DNA of 64,000 bases from a bacterium (lineage in GTDB: Bacteria; Bacteroidota; Bacteroidia; NS11-12g; UBA955): NCBI GenBank assembly GCA_029945665.1, contig JAQSCZ010000119.1, forward strand, positions 6,277 to 70,276, read 5' to 3'. The notes below the pieces were generated by a model that saw nothing but the letters and a program-made list of their open reading frames with translations, was not told the DNA's origin and searched no databases. The translations under genes were made by a program, and so were the position numbers. Below are positions 29,681-40,500 of the stretch, in pieces. Numbering within the stretch: position 1 is the stretch's first letter; each line of letters starts with the position of its first letter.

Positions 29681-30460
29681 CTAAAAGGTGTAGTTTAATC
29701 CTAGACTAAGATTTAGAACATTGTTTCTGGTATGGGTCATTTTAGAACTTTCTAAAAAATATTCATCACTATTAAATACAATTTTTCTATATCCATTGGA
29801 AGATAATTGCTGAGTTGAATCACTACCCCACAAACCAATGGGTAATGTCATAGTCAAAAGCCAAGTAAAAGAAATATGCTTTGCAATTGGTTTAGTTGAT
29901 CCTACACCTCCAATCAAATTAACAAAGGCCAAATTTGACTTTCCAAGGTTTGTAAACTTCTCATAAGTTCTAACACCATTTGAATTATAATACTTTAGAG
30001 AATCATCGGGTTTATTAATTAAATTTTCATAGCCTAATTTCATTTCTATAAATGTGCCTTATGGCGATAGTGAACCTTTAGCCCTAATAAATTTACGTAA
30101 GCCTAATTCATAACCTCTAACAACATAATAATTGTTTCCCGTAAAAGCATGAAACCCTTCAGATAGAGTAGTATTTCCAAATTGATCGGTATTAATTTTC
30201 GCTAAAGTTGGAGCATTCTCATAACCAAATCGACAGATTGCTTTGGTTATAGAATAATTAAACAAAATTGTAGTTCGTGTATTTAAAATTCTTTGCAGTG
30301 TAAAGGTATGTTTGTTATGCTTAAACGATAAAACATTCATTGTATGGAAAACAGTATTTGAATAACCGATGCTATTTTTCGCCATAAAGTCATAGTATTT
30401 TTGAGCGTTTGAATTAATTGTGACAAAAATAATCAAGGCAATAAATGGGTAGTTTCTCAT
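29681..30460 (-). pseudogene. Outer-membrane beta-barrel-like gene interrupted by one in-frame TAA (track ORFs 30059-30460 and 29681-30043)
   Basis: Both ORFs are in the same frame. The sequence reads ...GSLSP-TAA-GTFIE-MKLGYEN.... The upstream part carries the signal peptide (MRNYPFIALIIFVTINSNAQ) and the downstream part ends ...SLGLNYTF, an OMP-like C-terminal Phe. Confidence 0.45.
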
Positions 30461-30463
30461 ATA

Positions 30464-32809
30464 TTATTTATTCTTTATCTTTTTTTTAATTTGATACATG
30501 GTAAATGCTAAATGCATATTAATAATTTTTGATTTCGGTCGTCGACGAATGGTTTGATAATTGATGAGTTTTTGCTCCCCGGTTGTCAAATCTAATACAA
30601 CATTATAACACAAAAGTTCTTTGTCTGAATCAACTGAATATCCAACAATTAATGGCAAGGCAGGAAATAAAAACACCCCAGCAACTATTACACCTATGTT
30701 GGCTTCGTGTTTCACACTTTTATAACTAAACCCAGAAATACACACATTTCTATACCCTTCTTCTGAAACCATACTATCCATGTATATTTGAGAAAAAATA
30801 AAATCGTTGCGATCTATATGCGAATATTTTTCTATCATCCAATTCGATAATAAAGAATATTGATTTAGTTGAATTGTTGTAAGTTTACTTCTTGTATTAA
30901 TATCAATTAAATTGGTATTCAAATCAATTAACTGAGCATAATATTCAGCAAATTTAGAAATATTTATCCGCTTTAATTCATCATTAACATTCTCAAATTT
31001 AACTTCCGATTTGAAAGCATCAAAATATGCTGAACTATAAGAAGGCGAAATAAAAATAATTGAATCAATACCAAGAGCTTTACCCTTATTTCTGTGACTT
31101 TTCATATCATCACTTATCGCCTCACGATTGCGTCTATAAGGCTCACTTCTTAATTGGCTTAAACCAAGTTCAGTCTCATCTGCTTTTAGTTTGCTAACCA
31201 CCTTATCCACTGAGTCAAAAAAAGAAGTAAAGTTGATGTTTTTATATAATTCAACAAATCCATTCCTAAAATAATGAGGATTGAAAGTTAATTCACCAGG
31301 TGGTTTATTTCGTTTTATTTTTTTTACTTTACTATCATTTATTAATTTTGAAATACTTTGAGCCTCCTTCTTTTTATTGCTTATAATTTTAAAATCAAGA
31401 GAATCGTTGTACAGTAAATTTTCGTCCTCGAGCGCCTCTTGTGAACTATTAAATTCATTAATGCTATATTTATGCGCATATAACAAATCGATAAAGGCAT
31501 CGCACTTAACATTATATGTATATTTATTGGGATATTTTCCACTCCATTTAGCAATCATTCTAGCCGATAAAATATTAAATTCATCTTTCTTCATCACCAT
31601 GAACAAATAGAATGGGATAGAAATTTCGCCCTCATAACCTTGGTTCTCAGTTTTTATTTCTGTCACAGCCATTAGGTCGTTTGAATTAATTTTCCATTTT
31701 TGCAATCCATATAAACTACCCAACATTAATTCTGTTATATATTCATTCTCGCCATAATGTTGATTCAATAAAAAGGCATGATAAAAGGACTTAGTATATT
31801 CACCACGTACAATTAACAAATAACCCATCTCATATCTGCAAGTCTTTACCACATTATCAAAAGATTCATTGCCAAAAAATTCAAGGATGCCTGTGTCTGT
31901 GGATTTAATGTACTTGTTTAAATTGTCTTTTCGAAATTGAATATTAGGGTGGGATTTTTCTTCATCAGATTCGTCTTCAACTGCCGAAATAGGAGTTACC
32001 GAATCAGGAAAATATTGCTTGGGCAGTTTGTATAATGAATCATTGAAAAAATCTTTTGGAAATGGAATTTCATCAAATGGCAAATAACTGTACAACAAAA
32101 TATCCATCATTTTTATCGATTCATTTTTATCATACCCAGCCTTAGCAAATATTTTCAACCCTTCTACGTCAGCCTCTGATTCATGTTCCTTGCTATATTT
32201 CAAGAGTTTTAATAGTTTTTCATCTGTTCCTAAATCATCATAACGCTTACTTGTTAAAATATCTTGAGTCCTTTTGTATGCTTCATACGAATGCTTTAAT
32301 TTATAATGTGAAATTTCATGCGAAAGTACAAAAGCAAGTTGTGCTTCATTTTCCAATTGGGCCATTAATCCTGTGGTTACCATTACAACCCCGTTATTTG
32401 TAGCAAATGCATTGGCAAAAGGAACATTCAATAAATAAAAACGCATTTTACCTTTCAAATCTGGTTCCTTCTCCAACAATTTACCGGCAATTTTATTGAT
32501 GTATTTACAAACAGAATTCCCATAAATAACTTTACCTGAAAACAATATTTCATCAATTTTAAAATGATTAATAAGTGTAAATTTTTTTTGTAATTTAAGT
32601 TCTTTTTTACTACCTACTTTGCTCTTTGAAAATTCTGCTGCATCTGCATTGTATTTACTAAAACTTGTAGATAAAAACTCAACAGGTATCTGACCTTCGC
32701 ATTTCATAGGCGAATAATGACTATAATCTATGACTTGTGTCCAACCTATTGTTGAATAAAAATTCATTAAAAGCAAGCACGGAAAAAGTAATTTAAGACG
32801 GCTAGACAT
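30464..32809 (-). CDS. M48 family metallopeptidase with a long C-terminal extension
   Basis: Signal peptide, then the HExxH motif in AFVLSHEISHYKLKH and a downstream EHESEAD. About 500 further residues follow, plus a hydrophobic segment (IGVIVAGVFLFPALPLIVGY) near the C-terminus. Confidence 0.8.
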   Translation of the reverse strand: MSSRLKLLFPCLLLMNFYSTIGWTQVIDYSHYSPMKCEGQIPVEFLSTSFSKYNADAAEFSKSKVGSKKELKLQKKFTLINHFKIDEILFSGKVIYGNSVCKYINKIAGKLLEKEPDLKGKMRFYLLNVPFANAFATNNGVVMVTTGLMAQLENEAQLAFVLSHEISHYKLKHSYEAYKRTQDILTSKRYDDLGTDEKLLKLLKYSKEHESEADVEGLKIFAKAGYDKNESIKMMDILLYSYLPFDEIPFPKDFFNDSLYKLPKQYFPDSVTPISAVEDESDEEKSHPNIQFRKDNLNKYIKSTDTGILEFFGNESFDNVVKTCRYEMGYLLIVRGEYTKSFYHAFLLNQHYGENEYITELMLGSLYGLQKWKINSNDLMAVTEIKTENQGYEGEISIPFYLFMVMKKDEFNILSARMIAKWSGKYPNKYTYNVKCDAFIDLLYAHKYSINEFNSSQEALEDENLLYNDSLDFKIISNKKKEAQSISKLINDSKVKKIKRNKPPGELTFNPHYFRNGFVELYKNINFTSFFDSVDKVVSKLKADETELGLSQLRSEPYRRNREAISDDMKSHRNKGKALGIDSIIFISPSYSSAYFDAFKSEVKFENVNDELKRINISKFAEYYAQLIDLNTNLIDINTRSKLTTIQLNQYSLLSNWMIEKYSHIDRNDFIFSQIYMDSMVSEEGYRNVCISGFSYKSVKHEANIGVIVAGVFLFPALPLIVGYSVDSDKELLCYNVVLDLTTGEQKLINYQTIRRRPKSKIINMHLAFTMYQIKKKIKNK

Positions 32810-33066
32810 ATATGCAATTATATCATTTTTTTAACCAAAACGGCGACACATTTCTAATAAGTTATAGAATGTGCTGTTAAATTAATTTCATTTTTAGATG
32901 TCCTTTTATTAGAATTCAAACTAAAACGAAAGAACAAATTTAAAATAAAGAAGACGTTTCGAATTGATACTTTATAAATTTTTTACATACAATCACTTCA
33001 TTATCATATAAAATAAATCAAGTCATTATCATTCCTCAAATAATATAAATACTTTTGCAGCATACT

Positions 33067-33957
33067 ATGACAAAAGAAGAATGGTTGTTGGTAATTTCGA
33101 TTCCTGTCTATTTGGTATTCATTATCACCGAAATATTTATTGGTATCAAACAACGCAAAGAACTTTATGATTGGAAAGACAGCATGGCCTCGATTTGGCT
33201 TGGAGTAGCAGGCGCATTGCTAGACATTTCAATAAAATTCGCCACTTTTGGAGTTTTAGATTGGTGCAACAGGCATGCTATCTATAAACCAGACCTGCTC
33301 ACCTATTACCCTGTATTAGCATGGTTCTTGGTTTTTATTGGTCAAGATTTTTGCTTTTATTGGTTACATCGTACAGAACACTACAGTCGCATTTTATGGG
33401 CCGTACACAGCAATCACCACAGCAGCGAGAAATACAATTTTACGGTGGCGCTGCGCTCTTCGGTGTTGCAACCCTTATATCGTTTTATGTTTTATATACC
33501 GGTGGCCTTTCTTGGGTTCGATGGCTTAACCATTATGTTCATGTATGCTGTCAATCAATTTTACCAGTTCTTTCTTCATACAGAAACGATCCCGAAATTA
33601 CCAAAATGGTACGAAGCAATCTTTGTTACACCCTCGCATCACAGGGTGCACCATGCAAGCAATGTTTTATACTTAGACAAAAACATGGGACAGGTACTTA
33701 TTATTTGGGATAAATTATTTGGGACTTTTGAAAAGGAAACAGAAGCTCCACGATATGGTTTAACGACAAATCTTAGAACATACCACCCCTTTAAAGTGAT
33801 TTTCAATGAATGGCAAAAAATATTTAAAGACATTTTGAGACCAGGGCCATTTGTACAAAAAATAAAATTTCTTTTTATGCCTCCAGGCTGGAGTCCCGAT
33901 GGAAGTACTAAAACAAGTGCCCAATTGCGATTACTCGAAAAACAAAAATTTCAATAA
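33067..33957 (+). CDS. Fatty acid hydroxylase / sterol desaturase family protein
   Basis: Three His boxes are present: HRTEH, HSNHH and HHRVHH, in a 4-TM protein. I prefer the ATG at 33067 over the track's TTG at 33055. Confidence 0.85.
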   Translation: MTKEEWLLVISIPVYLVFIITEIFIGIKQRKELYDWKDSMASIWLGVAGALLDISIKFATFGVLDWCNRHAIYKPDLLTYYPVLAWFLVFIGQDFCFYWLHRTEHYSRILWAVHSNHHSSEKYNFTVALRSSVLQPLYRFMFYIPVAFLGFDGLTIMFMYAVNQFYQFFLHTETIPKLPKWYEAIFVTPSHHRVHHASNVLYLDKNMGQVLIIWDKLFGTFEKETEAPRYGLTTNLRTYHPFKVIFNEWQKIFKDILRPGPFVQKIKFLFMPPGWSPDGSTKTSAQLRLLEKQKFQ

Positions 33958-34223
33958 TGTCATCTTAACTTCTGTTAAAGAAGATTAAAATCAGATTTAA
34001 ACAATGAATGGTATTTTTTTCTCTAGTTTAAGCTTGGCAAAAACTGCTAATTTTGATTGGGCAAGAAGTCCGTATATAGCCATTTTTTTTGGTTGGGGGG
34101 CTAGAAATATCTCGGGGTCTTTCATCAATAAAAAAAAGTAAAGGCTCTTAGGGTTTTATAATAATTTCTTATCCTGAACTTACGATAGAAATAGAAATAT
34201 TTATACCTTAGTTGCTTTCGTAT

Positions 34224-35078
34224 TCAATGAAAAAAGTAAACCAAAACAATTAAAATACCATGCAATAGCATGGCTCCATCTATATAAAAATAGTGATAAA
34301 ACTTACTTAATCTTATTTTCGGATGATTAATTAGGATAAGCAAAACAATAAAAGACAACAAGGCAGCCGGCATTAAAAAATCGGTATTACTTAATTGATA
34401 ATAAAAATAAGAGACACACAGAAAACCAACGACCATAGCATTCGCTATAAAGATTGACCACCTTTCTCCTAAAATAACTGGAATAGTTTTTAATCCAATT
34501 TTACGATCTATAATTAAATCCCTTACATCAAATATCAAAGCAAGTGAACCAATAAGCAGCGACCTTTCCAATAATAATAAACAAGTCGTTTTCCAGTTAT
34601 AACTATTATCTAACTGCAAAATTGGAAGCATTACAGTAGAAAAAGTCCAAACAACCATGATTAAAACTATTTTCAAAAAAGGTATCCTTCTTATATTAAA
34701 ATCCAACTGCCTTAGTCGCAAAAACGGCAAGGTATAAAGTGCTGTAATAACGATCATTGGTATTAAACTCATTAGTACAATAATTTTTGCGTAAAACAAT
34801 GCAATTAAAAGGCCAATGGAAGCCAATGCCATTGCAAAATAAAAAATTTTCAAATGCTTATTCACCCATATATCATTTGGATTTTCTAAAGGCATTTTAT
34901 AGCCAACCAAAACAATTAAACGGGTTAGATTATATTCTAAAAAAGTTGCAAAAAAAACAATAAAAAGATAAGGATGCATGGCCGGCTGTCCGCCAAGTTG
35001 TATTTGCGTACCTACCGTTAAGGCTACTGCCGCGAGAGATATATAAAGTTTGGAATTAATGAGATAATACCTAAACAT
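34224..35078 (-). CDS. Polytopic membrane protein, UbiA-prenyltransferase-like (atypical)
   Basis: About eight TM helices. The second Asp-rich motif is present (FDVRDLIIDRKIGLKTIPV). The expected first NDxxDxxxD motif is absent; that position reads LEYNLTRL. Confidence 0.4.
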   Translation of the reverse strand: MFRYYLINSKLYISLAAVALTVGTQIQLGGQPAMHPYLFIVFFATFLEYNLTRLIVLVGYKMPLENPNDIWVNKHLKIFYFAMALASIGLLIALFYAKIIVLMSLIPMIVITALYTLPFLRLRQLDFNIRRIPFLKIVLIMVVWTFSTVMLPILQLDNSYNWKTTCLLLLERSLLIGSLALIFDVRDLIIDRKIGLKTIPVILGERWSIFIANAMVVGFLCVSYFYYQLSNTDFLMPAALLSFIVLLILINHPKIRLSKFYHYFYIDGAMLLHGILIVLVYFFH

Positions 35079-35259
35079 GCCTTTTTAGATTATATGAATA
35101 AATTAAAATTTAGAAAGAATAAAATTATTTTGTTGCTAAATAAACAGGTTGCTAATTTTTTATAAATCACAAAAGCAGTAAAGAAGAAATTCTAAATTTT
35201 CAAAAACATCAAGTTTATCCAGCACGGTCTTTCTTTTGTTTTATCCATCACTAAAAAAA

Positions 35260-35607
35260 TTATTTTTTAACGGGAGCTGTGCCCATGGTTATAACGTACT
35301 TTAATATGGATTGCTGATTAGCACTATCAATAGGCACTTCCATTTTACCCATTTTTTTATTGGCCTTATTTACCATTGCAGGAACGATTAATCTCCACTG
35401 CATTTCATTCTTCGACCCTGGGGCATATAAACCGTGACAACTTTGGCAATTTTTTTCATATTGGGCTTTTCCATGCGTTAATTCAGTCATGGTTAAGCCT
35501 GGAAATTTTGATGCTCCTCTCTCAGCATCTGCATTCGATAATTCCATCATTTTGGCCCCACAAGCAGAAAGAAATAAAATTAAAGCTAAAATTAAAATAT
35601 TTTTCAT
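35260..35607 (-). CDS. c-type cytochrome lipoprotein
   Basis: Lipobox LSAC, one heme motif CQSCHG, and a distal Met candidate in VPAMVNK. Confidence 0.75.
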   Translation of the reverse strand: MKNILILALILFLSACGAKMMELSNADAERGASKFPGLTMTELTHGKAQYEKNCQSCHGLYAPGSKNEMQWRLIVPAMVNKANKKMGKMEVPIDSANQQSILKYVITMGTAPVKK

Positions 35608-35669
35608 ATTGGTTAATATTGGATTCGAATTTAGTTCAAAGTTTTCAAAAAAAAAACTACTAAGTGCAT

Positions 35670-36248
35670 TTAAAAATCGGTTGAAGTACTCTGAATATTT
35701 GTATGTTTGGGGTTGATTAAACTGTATACTACTGAATCTACAAAGGTACCATTGAATAAATAATTCTGTTTAAAATGGGCTTCTTTAACAAAACTAAATT
35801 TATTAAGAATTTTTTCGCTGGCCATATTAAAAGGATTTATTTGTGCTTCAATGGTATGCAACTTCATCACCTCAAATCCATACTCTATAACTTCCTTTAA
35901 TACTTCACTCATTAGCCCAAGTTTCCAAAAAGAAGGCATCAACATATAACCTAAATCGGCCCGGTAATTTGGCTTATCTAATCGGTGAAATGCAATCGTT
36001 CCAATTAAACGTTGCTCCCCTTTCAAAGCTATGCCCCAAATAAGACTTTCATTATTTTCGATTTGATTATCTAATTGACGGATATGGTGTATAGCATCTT
36101 CACAAACCTTCATTGGCGCTCTGTCTAAATACTTTAAAACCTCAACATTTGAGCGGTGATTAAAAATATCATTTTTATCATTTTCATTAATTCGCCTTAA
36201 AACAAGGCGTTCAGTTTTAATAATTGGAAAAGGTTTAAAAACAGGCAT
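35670..36248 (-). CDS. GNAT family N-acetyltransferase (RimJ/RimL-like)
   Basis: TERLVLRR...WGIALKGEQRLIGTIAFH......GYML.PSFWKLGLMSE is the Acetyltransf_3 pattern. Start moved to the ATG at 36248; the ATG at 36254 is also possible. Confidence 0.85.
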   Translation of the reverse strand: MPVFKPFPIIKTERLVLRRINENDKNDIFNHRSNVEVLKYLDRAPMKVCEDAIHHIRQLDNQIENNESLIWGIALKGEQRLIGTIAFHRLDKPNYRADLGYMLMPSFWKLGLMSEVLKEVIEYGFEVMKLHTIEAQINPFNMASEKILNKFSFVKEAHFKQNYLFNGTFVDSVVYSLINPKHTNIQSTSTDF

Positions 36249-36419
36249 CAACATTTTTTCAAAAATAACTAAAGCATGCATATTTAAAAATGAAAAATCC
36301 AATTCATGCTTAATTTTATTGGTCATTTGATTAAGAATCAAATTATAATTTACAGAAAACAACTCAACTATTTAATAAAAGATTTGAATTGATTAATTAA
36401 TATTGCGGGGACTTTTACT

Positions 36420-36764
36420 ATGGCGAACAAAAAACTACTTCTGATTTTGGAAATGACTCATATTCCGCTTTGGTTAATAAAAGATTTATGTTGGCTATTG
36501 ACTTGGAAAACTTTGGGTGTTATTATGGCCATACCAACAGTCTCTGTTGCTATTGCTTTGACCATATTTACACAAAAAGATGAAGCGCGTTTTTTGCCGA
36601 ATTTATCAATTGCATTTTGGATCATTGCCAATGCCAATTGGATGATTGCAGAATTTTTTAATTTGCCTTTGCGTTATTTTAGCATAATTCCCTTTATCGC
36701 AGGTATCATCGTATTTTTGTTTTATCTTTACAATAGCTACAAAAAAGGCTGGGAGATTAATTAA
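36420..36764 (+). CDS. Hypothetical membrane protein (114 aa, 3-4 TM)
   Basis: Hydrophobic segments only. No motif recognised. Confidence 0.5.
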   Translation: MANKKLLLILEMTHIPLWLIKDLCWLLTWKTLGVIMAIPTVSVAIALTIFTQKDEARFLPNLSIAFWIIANANWMIAEFFNLPLRYFSIIPFIAGIIVFLFYLYNSYKKGWEIN

Positions 36765-36834
36765 CATGAACAATTGTACACTACAAATTACAATAATTCA
36801 AACTTTTTGCCGTTTAAATGCTTATTAAAAATAT

Positions 36835-37395
36835 ATGACTTATAGTAAACTTCTTTTTATTTTAATTACACTCTTCTGCCTTGATAAGGCACAAGCACAA
36901 GTAATAATGACTAGTGAGACAAATATTACGATGTTAGACCTTGATTCTAGTTGGCAAAACATAAAATCAAAAAAGAGTCTGCTCAGAATTAATTACCAAA
37001 CTGGTGAAACCACTTTAAAAGTTAACTTTAATTCTTTTGCTTCAAAGGATACAACTTTAAGCAAAATCATAGGGTTAAGTAAATCAGAATTTTACCTTAA
37101 TTTTAATATTAACCGTGATATTTTGAATTTACTGACTAAAGACAATAAGGTTTATACGTTCGAAACACCCGGCATGCTCTATTTCAACGAACACTTTCAC
37201 AGTGTTATTGTTAAACATTCATTTTACAATAAAAACGGAAATATTGCAGACCTGGCTAATAACAAAGTTTTTGCAAGTATTAGTTGCACTTTTTCACCTT
37301 TGGATTTTCAACTCGATTGGTTAAATTTAAACATGAAAGAATCTATTAAATTATGGATGAATAAACAGTCCATTAATTTTTTTAACATCGAATAA
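36835..37395 (+). CDS. Hypothetical secreted protein (186 aa)
   Basis: Signal peptide LFCLDKAQAQ. No motif recognised. Confidence 0.5.
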   Translation: MTYSKLLFILITLFCLDKAQAQVIMTSETNITMLDLDSSWQNIKSKKSLLRINYQTGETTLKVNFNSFASKDTTLSKIIGLSKSEFYLNFNINRDILNLLTKDNKVYTFETPGMLYFNEHFHSVIVKHSFYNKNGNIADLANNKVFASISCTFSPLDFQLDWLNLNMKESIKLWMNKQSINFFNIE

Positions 37396-37531
37396 TCAGG
37401 ATACTAAATTTCCTAATTACTGCATTTTTATTCAGGACTTAACAATTAGTGTTAACTAAATGCTTAAATCTAATCGCAGGTTACTTTCAATTTAATGGTG
37501 TATTCCCTAATTTCGCCTGAATTGTTTCAAT

Positions 37532-40500
37532 ATGAAAAAAATACTCATACTTCTATTTTTATTGCCCCTATTTGCAAATTCTCAAACCTTTAATTATGCT
37601 GATTATTGGAAAACCAGAAAACCAAATGATGCTTATTGGCAGCAAGATGTGCACTATAAAATAAATGCAAATATTGACGACACAAAAGATGAAATCACAG
37701 GCGAAGAAACATTAGAATACTTCAACAATAGTCCTGATGAATTATCTACCGTCTATTTCCATTTGTATCAAAATGCCTTTCAACCAGGCAGCTATGCACA
37801 TGCTTTAGAAATTGCCAATAATCAAAACACCGTATTTGGTAAATATGAAGCCATGAAAATGGGAACACTAATCGATGAATTTAAAGTTGCGGGAGAAATA
37901 CTTGAATATAAAATTGATAATACCATTTTGATTGCAAAACTAAAAACGCCGATAAAACCAAACAGTAGTATTACTTTTAATATAAAATTCAGGACGTATT
38001 GGGACGAAGGAACCATGAGAAGAAGATTCAAATCATTTAAACCCGATGAATTGAATAAACACTTTGATGGGGTGCATTGGTATCCTCGTATTTGTGTATA
38101 CGACCGCAAATTTGGCTGGGAAACCGATCAACATTTAGGCAAAGAATTTTATGGTGATTATGGTGTTTTTGACGTAAAATTAACCTTCCCTTCAAATTAT
38201 GTCGTGGAAGCCACCGGTGCAATACAAAATGAACGCGAAGTATTACCAATTGAATTAAGAAAAGCCATAGATATTTCTAACTATTCAAGTATCGTAAAAG
38301 ACGAGCATGATAAAAACCGAATTGTTCCAAATAATTACAAATACACGATTAAACGCGAGGGCACCAAAACGTGGATCTACCATGCTGAAAATGTCCACGA
38401 TTTTGCATTTACGGCCGATCCCACATACCGTATCGGCGAAGTAGTATGGAATGGCATTCGATGCATTGCATTGGCACAAGAAAAAAATGCACCTGAATGG
38501 CGGCCAACCGCACAATTTGTAGCTGATCTTGTGAGCGTCTATAGCAAAGATATTGGCATGTATGGCTATCCAAAAATTGTAGCAGCCGATGCCAGAGATG
38601 GCATGGAATATCCAATGTTAACTTTGGATGGAGGCAATTGGCCAGGTCATCAATATGTTATTGCACATGAGATTGGACACAATTGGTTCTTTGGAATGAT
38701 AGGTAACAATGAAACCTATCGCGCTATGTTGGATGAGGGTTTCACGCAATTTTTGACATCATGGAGTATTAAAAAAATAAACAATATTCCAATGCATGCT
38801 AATAGTTATGACGAAGGCAGTGTATACAATGGTTATTTAAATGATGCCATTAATAAAAATGATGCTTTTTTAAATACACATAGCGATGATTTCAATTCTG
38901 CATTAGGTCATGGTGGCGGCTACAGACATGTCTATTATAAAACGGCCACAATGCTATACAACTTGCAGTATGTGCTTGGAGACGAATTATTTCTAAATGC
39001 AATGAAACACTATTTCAATCAATGGAAATTTGCCCACCCCTATCCAGATGATTTTAGACAATCCATCATCAATTACACGCATGTCGATTTGAATTGGTTC
39101 TTCGACCAATGGATGGAAACTACAAAATCCATCGACTATGAAATTAAAAAAATTAAAAAAATTAAAAATACGAAAGATGGGAAATACCAATATGCAATCA
39201 CATTTGCTCGAAAAGGAGAAATGCAAATGCCTTTGGATATAACCATTACCGATAAAACAGGTAAAAAGTATGAATACCTAATTCCCAATACCTATTTTAC
39301 AAAAAATGACGGCAGAACCGTATTGAAAACATGGAAGGGTTGGGGATTATTAAATCCAACTTATACAGACACCATTACAATTGACCATAAAATAAAATTA
39401 GTTGCGATTGATACAACGCATCGTTTGGCCGATATTTATAGGGTTGACAATATCAAGTCGAAAAATGGTTGCTCTCAATTACCCATGAAATTAGTGAATG
39501 ATAAAAACATTCAACAACCCATAAGCTTCAACAAAAGAGTATTTACTTTCAGTCCAAATATTTGGTTTAATGCGGTCGATGGATTTAAGGATGGAATAAA
39601 TTTTCATTCAGATTATGCCAGGGTGAAAAATGTATTAGACTTTACATTCTTTTTGAATACTGGATTAGGGGCTGAACAAAAATATAAAATAGCCAAAGAG
39701 CGCGACTTGTTTAGTTATCGAATAAAATATTCAACCTTGGTAGGCCATTATGCAAATTTCCATTTGGAATCGCGCTGGTTAGATGGCATCACTTTGAATC
39801 AAATTGGAGTCGAGAAAAGTTTTGGCAACAATACTTTCAACTTTTACTTCAAGTCTATTGGAATGGCTAATGGTCGTCATATTTATTGGCCATACGCCAA
39901 CGCAAGTAGCAGAGAAGGTAAATTGAATAACACTTTAAATATTGATTATACCAGAAGATACAATTATAAACATGGCAATGGCACAATCAATTCTGGATTA
40001 AGAGGCAGCACCATGACAAAGGATTATGGCTATGGTTCAATTAAATTAGAGGTTATCAATAATAACCACTTTGGGAAATTCGAAGTAAAGACACGCTTCT
40101 TTGCACAAGCAATCACGGGTGTGAACATTGCCGATGAATCCATTTTAAATTTAGCTGGGGCAAATATGGAACAGATGTTAGAAAGTAAGTTTACACGGAG
40201 CCGAGGCTTTATTCCACAAGAATGGTTAGGCTATGGTGCAAGTACCAATCATTTCCAAGCGGGCGGAGGATTGAATTTACGAGGCTATGCGGGATACTTA
40301 GCGCCTATTGAGAATGGAAATTCAGTGACGCCACTTTACCAAGGCACACATGGCACATCTGCAAGTGTAGAGATAGATTTCGATCAGTATATCCATTTCA
40401 AACCAAAATTCACTCGCAATTGGTTGAAAATAGATGCCTATTTATTTGGTGATGCTGGCATGATTATGGAAAACAGAATTGCAATAAACGGCAAAAGATT

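Noticed and set aside
33321-33713. 130-aa and 63-aa alternative-frame ORFs inside the fatty-acid hydroxylase gene
   Set aside because: The main frame carries all three His boxes. The alternative frames have no features.
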